From: the human T2T-CHM13v2.0 reference genome, Homo sapiens
DNA: 64,000 bases
Reading direction: 5' to 3' (one strand)
Assembly (NCBI RefSeq): GCF_009914755.1
Contig: NC_060933.1
Positions 58,848 to 64,000 of this stretch are shown here, in pieces (the first letter of the stretch is position 1; each line of letters opens with the position of its first letter). The notes below the pieces were generated by a model, which saw only the letters and a program-made list of their open reading frames with translations, was not told the DNA's origin and did not search any database. Made by a program: the position numbers and the translations under genes.

Positions 58848-61800
58848 TTCCATTGCATTCTGGTTGTTTCCATTCCATTCCATTCCATTTCAGTCCATTC
58901 CATTGCACTTAGGTTGATTCCATTCCATTCCATTCCATTGCATTCCATTCCATTCCATTCCACTCCATTCCATTGCACTCGTGTTGATTCCATTCCATTC
59001 CATTCCATTCCATTCCAATCCATTGTACTCGGTTTGATTCCATTCCATTGCATTCCATTCCATTCCATTCCATTCCTTTCCATTCCTTTCCATTACATTC
59101 GGATTGATTCTATTCAACTCCCTTACTCTCCATTACATTACATTCCATTCGGGTAGTTCCATTCCATTCCATTCCATTCCATTCCACTCCATTCCATTGC
59201 ACTCGTGTTGATTCCATTCCATTCCATTGCATTCCGTTCCGCATGATTCCATTCCATTGCATTCCATTCCATTCCATTCCCCTGCAGTTGGGTTGATTCC
59301 ATTCCATTCCATTCAATTCCATTACATTCCATTCCGTTCCGTTCCATTCCATTCCATTCCATTCCGTTCCATTCCATTCCTTTCCGTTCCATTCCATTCC
59401 ATTCCATTCCATTCCATTCCGTTCCCTTCCGTTCCGTTCCATTCCATTCCATTCCATTCCATTCTATTCGGGTTAATTCCATTCCATTCCATTCGATTGC
59501 AATCGAGTTGATTCCATTCCATTCCATTCCATTCCATTCCATTCCATTACAATCGAGTTGATTCCATTCCATTCCATTCCATTCCAGTCCTTTCCATTCC
59601 ATTCCACTCGTGTTGATTCCATTCTATTAATTTCCATTCCATTCCATTCCCTTCCATTCCACTCTGGTTGATTCCATTCCTTTCCATTCCACTCGAATAC
59701 ATTCCCTCCTATTCCACTCGGAACGATTCCATTCCATTCCATTCCATTCCATTCCATTCCATTCCATTCCATTCTATTTCGTTCCATTCCATTCTATTCC
59801 GTATCATTCCATTTCATTCCATTCCATTCCATTCCATTCCATTCCATTCCATTCCATTCCATTGTACTCGGGTTGATTCCATTCCATTGCATTCCTTTCC
59901 ATTCCATTCCATTCCATTCCGGATGATTCCATTCCATTGCATTCCATTCCATTACATTCGGATTGATTCTATTCAACTCCGTTACTCTCCATTACATTCC
60001 ATTCCATTCGGGTTGTTCCATTCCATTCCATTCCATTCCACTCCATTCCATTGCAGTCGGGTTGATTCCATTCCATTCCATTCCTTTCCATTCCATTCCA
60101 TTCCATTCCGGATGATTCCATTCCATTGCATTCCGTTCCATTACATTCCCCTGCACTCGCGTTGATTCCATTCCATTCCATTCCATTCCATTCAATTCCA
60201 TTCCATTACAATTCGTTCCATTCCATTCTATTCCGTACCATTCCATTCCATTCCATACCATTCCATTCCATTCCATTCCATTCCATTCCATTCCTTTCCG
60301 TTCCATTCTGTTCCATTCCATTCCATTCCATTCTATTCGGGTTAATTCCATTCCATTACATTCCTTTCCATTCCATTACGGATGATTTCATTCCATTGCA
60401 TTCCATTCCATTCCATTCCCCTCTACTCGGGTTGATTCCATTCCATTCCATTCCAATCCATGCCATTCCACTCGTGTTGATTCCATTCTTTCCATTCCAT
60501 TCAAGTTGAATGCATTCCATTGCATTCCATTCCATTCCATTCCCCTGCAGTCGGGTTGATTCCATTCCGTTCCATTCCATTCCATTCCATTCCATTCCAT
60601 TCTGTTCCGTTCCGTTCCATTCCATTCCATTCCATTCTATTCGGGTTAATTCCATTCCATTCCATTCCATTCCATTCCATTCCATTCCATTCCAATCGAG
60701 TTGATTCCATTCCATTCCATTCCATTCCATTCCATTCCATTCCATTCCAGTCTTTCCATTCCATTCCCCTCGGGTTGATTCCAATGTATTCCTTTCCATT
60801 CCATTCCATTCCATTGCAATCGAGTTGATTCCATTGCTTTGCATTCCATTGCATTCCATTCCATTCCGGATAATTCCATTCCATTGCATTCCATTCCATT
60901 CCATTCCCCTGCACTCGGGTTGATTCCATTCCATTCCACTCCATTCCGTTCCATTCCATTCCATTCCATTGTATTCGGGTTAATTCCATTCCATTCCATT
61001 CCATTCCATTCCATTCCATTCCATTACAATCGAGTTGATTCCATTCCATTCCATTCCATTCCATTCCATTCCATTCCAGTCCTTTCCATTCCATTCCATT
61101 CCATTCCATTGTACTCGGGTTGATTCCATTCCTTTGCATTCCATTCCATTCCATTCCATTCCATTCCATTCCGTTGCATTCCATTCCATTACATTCGGAT
61201 TGATTCTATTCAACTCCCTTACTCTCCATTACATTCCATTCCATTCGGGTTGTTCCATTCCATTCCATTCCATTCCACTCCATTCCATTGCACTCGGGTT
61301 GATTCCATTCCATTCCATTCCATTCCATTCCTTTCCATTCCATTACGGATGATTCCATTCCATTGCATTCCATTCCATTCCATTCCCCTGCACTCGCGTT
61401 GATTCCATTCCATTCCATTCCATTCCATTCCATTCCATTCCATTCCGTTCCGTTCCGTTCCGTTCCATTCCATTCCATTCCATTCCATTCCATTCCGTTC
61501 CGTTCCGTTCCATTCCATTCCATTCCATTCTATTCGGTTTAATTCCATTCCATTCCATTCGATTGCAATCGAGTTGATTCCATTCCATTCCATTCCATTC
61601 AATTCCATTCCTTTCCATTCAATTCCATTCCTTTCCATTCCATTACGGATGATTTCATTCCATTGCATTCCATTCCATTCCATTCCCCTGTACTCGGCTT
61701 GATTCCATTCCATTCTATTCCAATCCATGCCATTCCACTCGTGTTGATTCCATTCTTTCCATTCCATTCAAGTTGAATCCATTCCATTGCATTCCATTCC

Positions 61801-64000
61801 ATTCGATTCCATTCGATTGCACTCGGGTTGATTCCATTCCATTGCATTCCATTCCATTCCATTCCATTCCATTCCATTCCATTCCCTTCCATTCCATTCC
61901 ATTACATTCGGATTGATTCTATTCAACTCCCTTACTCTCCATTCCATTCCATTCCCTTCGGGTTGTTCCATTCCATTCCATTCCATTCCACTCCATTCCA
62001 TTACACCGGGTTTATTCCATTCCATTCCATTCCATTCCATTCCATTCCATTCCGTTCCATTCCGGAAGATTCCATTCCATTGCATTCCATTCCATTCCAT
62101 TCCCCTGCACTCGCGTTGATTCCATTCCATTCCATTCCATTCCATCCCTTTCCGTTCCATTCCATTCCATTCCATTCCATTCCATTCCAATCCATTCCAT
62201 TCCGTTCCATTCCATTCCATTCCAATCCATTCCATTCTATTCGGTTTAATTCCATTCCATTCCATTCGATTGCAATCGAGTTGATTCCATTCCATTCCAT
62301 TCCATTCCATTCCATTATATTCCTTTCCATTCCATTACGGATGATTCCATTCCATTGCATTCCATTCCATTCCATTCCCCTGTACTCGGGTTTATTCCAT
62401 TCCATTCCATTCCAATCCATGCCATTACACTCGTGTTGATTCCATTCTTTCCATTCCATTCAAGTTGAATCCATTCCATTGCATTCCATTCCATTCCATT
62501 CCCCTGCAGTCGGGTTGATTCCATTCCATTCCATTCCATTCCATTCCATTCCATTCCATTCCGTTCCGTTACATTCCATTCCACTCCATTCTCTTCGGGT
62601 TAATTCCATTCCATTCCATTACATTCCATTCCATTCCAATCGAGTTGATTCCATTCCATTCCATTCCATTCCATTCCACTCCATTCCAGTCCTTTCCATT
62701 CCATTCCACTCGGGTTGATTCCAATGTATTCCTTTCCATTCCATTCCATTCCATTGCAATCGAGTTGATTCCATTCCTTTGCATTCCATTCCATTCCATT
62801 CCATTCCGGATGATTCCATTCCGTTGCATTCCATACAAATCTAATCCCCTGCACTCGGGTTGATTCCATTCCATTCCACTCCATTCCGTTCCATTCCATT
62901 CCATTCCATTGTATTCGGGTTAATTTCATTCCATTCCATTCCATTCCATTCCATTCCATTACAATCGAGTTGATTCCATTCCATTCCATTCCATTCCAGT
63001 CCTTTCCATTCCATTCCACTCGGGTTGATTCCATTCTATTAGTTTCCATTCCATTCCATTCCCTTCTATTCCACTCTGGTTGATTCCATTCCTTTCCATT
63101 CCACTCGAATACATTCCCTCCTATTCCACTCGGAACGATTCCATTGCATTCCATTCCATTCCATTCCATTCCATTCCATTCCATTTCGTTCCATTCCATT
63201 CTATTCCGTATCATTCCATTCCATTCCATTGCATTCCATTCCATTCCATTCCATTCCAATCCATTCCATTCCGTTGCATTCCATTCCATTACATTCGGAT
63301 TGATTCTATTCAACTCCCTTACTCTCCATTACATTCCATTCCATTCGGGTTGTTCAATTCCATTCCATTCCATTCCACTCCATTCCATTGCACTCGGGTT
63401 TATTCCATTCCATTCCATTCCATTCCATTCCATTCCGTTGCATTCCATTCCATTACATTCGGATTGATTCTATTCAACTCCCTTACTCTCCATTACATTC
63501 CATTCCATTCGGGTTGTTCCATTCCATTCCATTCCATTCCACTCCATTCCATTGCACTCGGGTTGATTCCATTCCATTCCATTCCATTCCATTCGATTCC
63601 GGATGATTCCATTCCATTGCATTCCGTTCCATTACATTCCCCTGCACTCGCGTTGATTCCATTCCATTCCACTCCATTCCATTCAATTCCATTCCATTAC
63701 AATTCGTTCCATTCCATTCTATTTCGTACCATTCCATTCCATTTCATACCATTCCATTCCATTCCATTCCATTCCATTCCATTCCGTTCCATTCCGTTCC
63801 ATTCCATTCCATTCGATTCTATTCGGGTTAATTCCATTCCATTCCATTCCATTCCATTCCATTCTATTCCATTCCATTGCAATCGAGTTGAATCCATTGC
63901 ATTTCATTCCATTCCATTCCATTCCATTCCATTCCGGAAGATTCCATTCCATTGCATTCCATTCCATTCCATTCGATTGCAATCGTGTTGATTCCATTCC
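58848..64000 (+). repeat. HSat3 orientation domain 3 (CATTC on + strand), type-A vocabulary
   Basis: (CATTC)n resumes. It contains the type-A words ATTCAAGTTGAAT, TTACGGATG and CCGGAAGATT. Confidence 0.95.

Larger units (their letters stand above)
1..64000. repeat. Classical Satellite 3 (HSat3/SatIII) array, (CATTC)n/(GGAAT)n with interspersed CTCGGGTTG-type words
   Basis: Continuous CATTC/GAATG pentamers across the window. They are interrupted by recurring words (CACTCGGGTTGATT, GCAATCGAGTTG, CCGGATGATT, TTCGGGTTAATT). ATTCC plus (A/T)CTCGGGTTG is the classical satellite 3 signature, and the CATTCGATTC-dominated HSat2 pattern is only sporadic. Chromosome and subfamily cannot be assigned by eye. 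Confidence 0.96.

Noticed and set aside
42050-58900. Inverted block as a transposable element
   Set aside because: No terminal repeats, coding capacity, poly(A) or non-satellite sequence. Only the flanking direct repeat is kept, as a hypothesis.
78-63997. Hundreds of overlapping ORFs encoding (MEWNG)n or (IPFHS)n, up to ~314 aa
   Set aside because: A 5-bp repeat has no stop codon on either strand, supplies ATG every 5 bp on the G strand, and yields 5-aa periodic peptides in all frames. There is no frame preference or domain content.
1-64000. Assignment to a specific chromosome or subfamily (e.g. chr9q12, acrocentric p-arms, DYZ1) or to HSat2/alpha satellite
   Set aside because: There is no 171-bp monomer, no HSat2 CGAT dominance and no regular 3.5-kb unit. 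Finer assignment needs k-mer comparison with reference assemblies, which I cannot run.

Overview
The whole 64 kb is one non-coding tandem satellite array: degenerate (CATTC)n/(GGAAT)n pentamers interrupted by conserved words such as CACTCGGGTTGATT, CAATCGAGTTG and CCGGATGA. This is the signature of human/hominoid classical Satellite 3 (HSat3/SatIII) pericentromeric heterochromatin. I find no genes, RNA genes or transposons, and every ORF in the track is a translation artefact of the pentamer. The interest is in the architecture. (1) A ~16.8 kb strand-inverted block (42089-58847) has sharp junctions with 2-bp and 4-bp microhomology and is flanked by a 31-bp direct repeat. (2) Two sequence sub-domains are arranged A>B>|<B<A|A>. 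(3) A word forming a perfect three-unit heat-shock element (ATTCCGGAAGATTCC) occurs about 24 times, only in type-A domains, and I saw none in ~18 kb centred on type B. (4) Nested tandem duplications range from 59 bp to 7.3/8.2 kb, and inverted paralogues share private variants. All positions and counts were read by eye and need computational confirmation.
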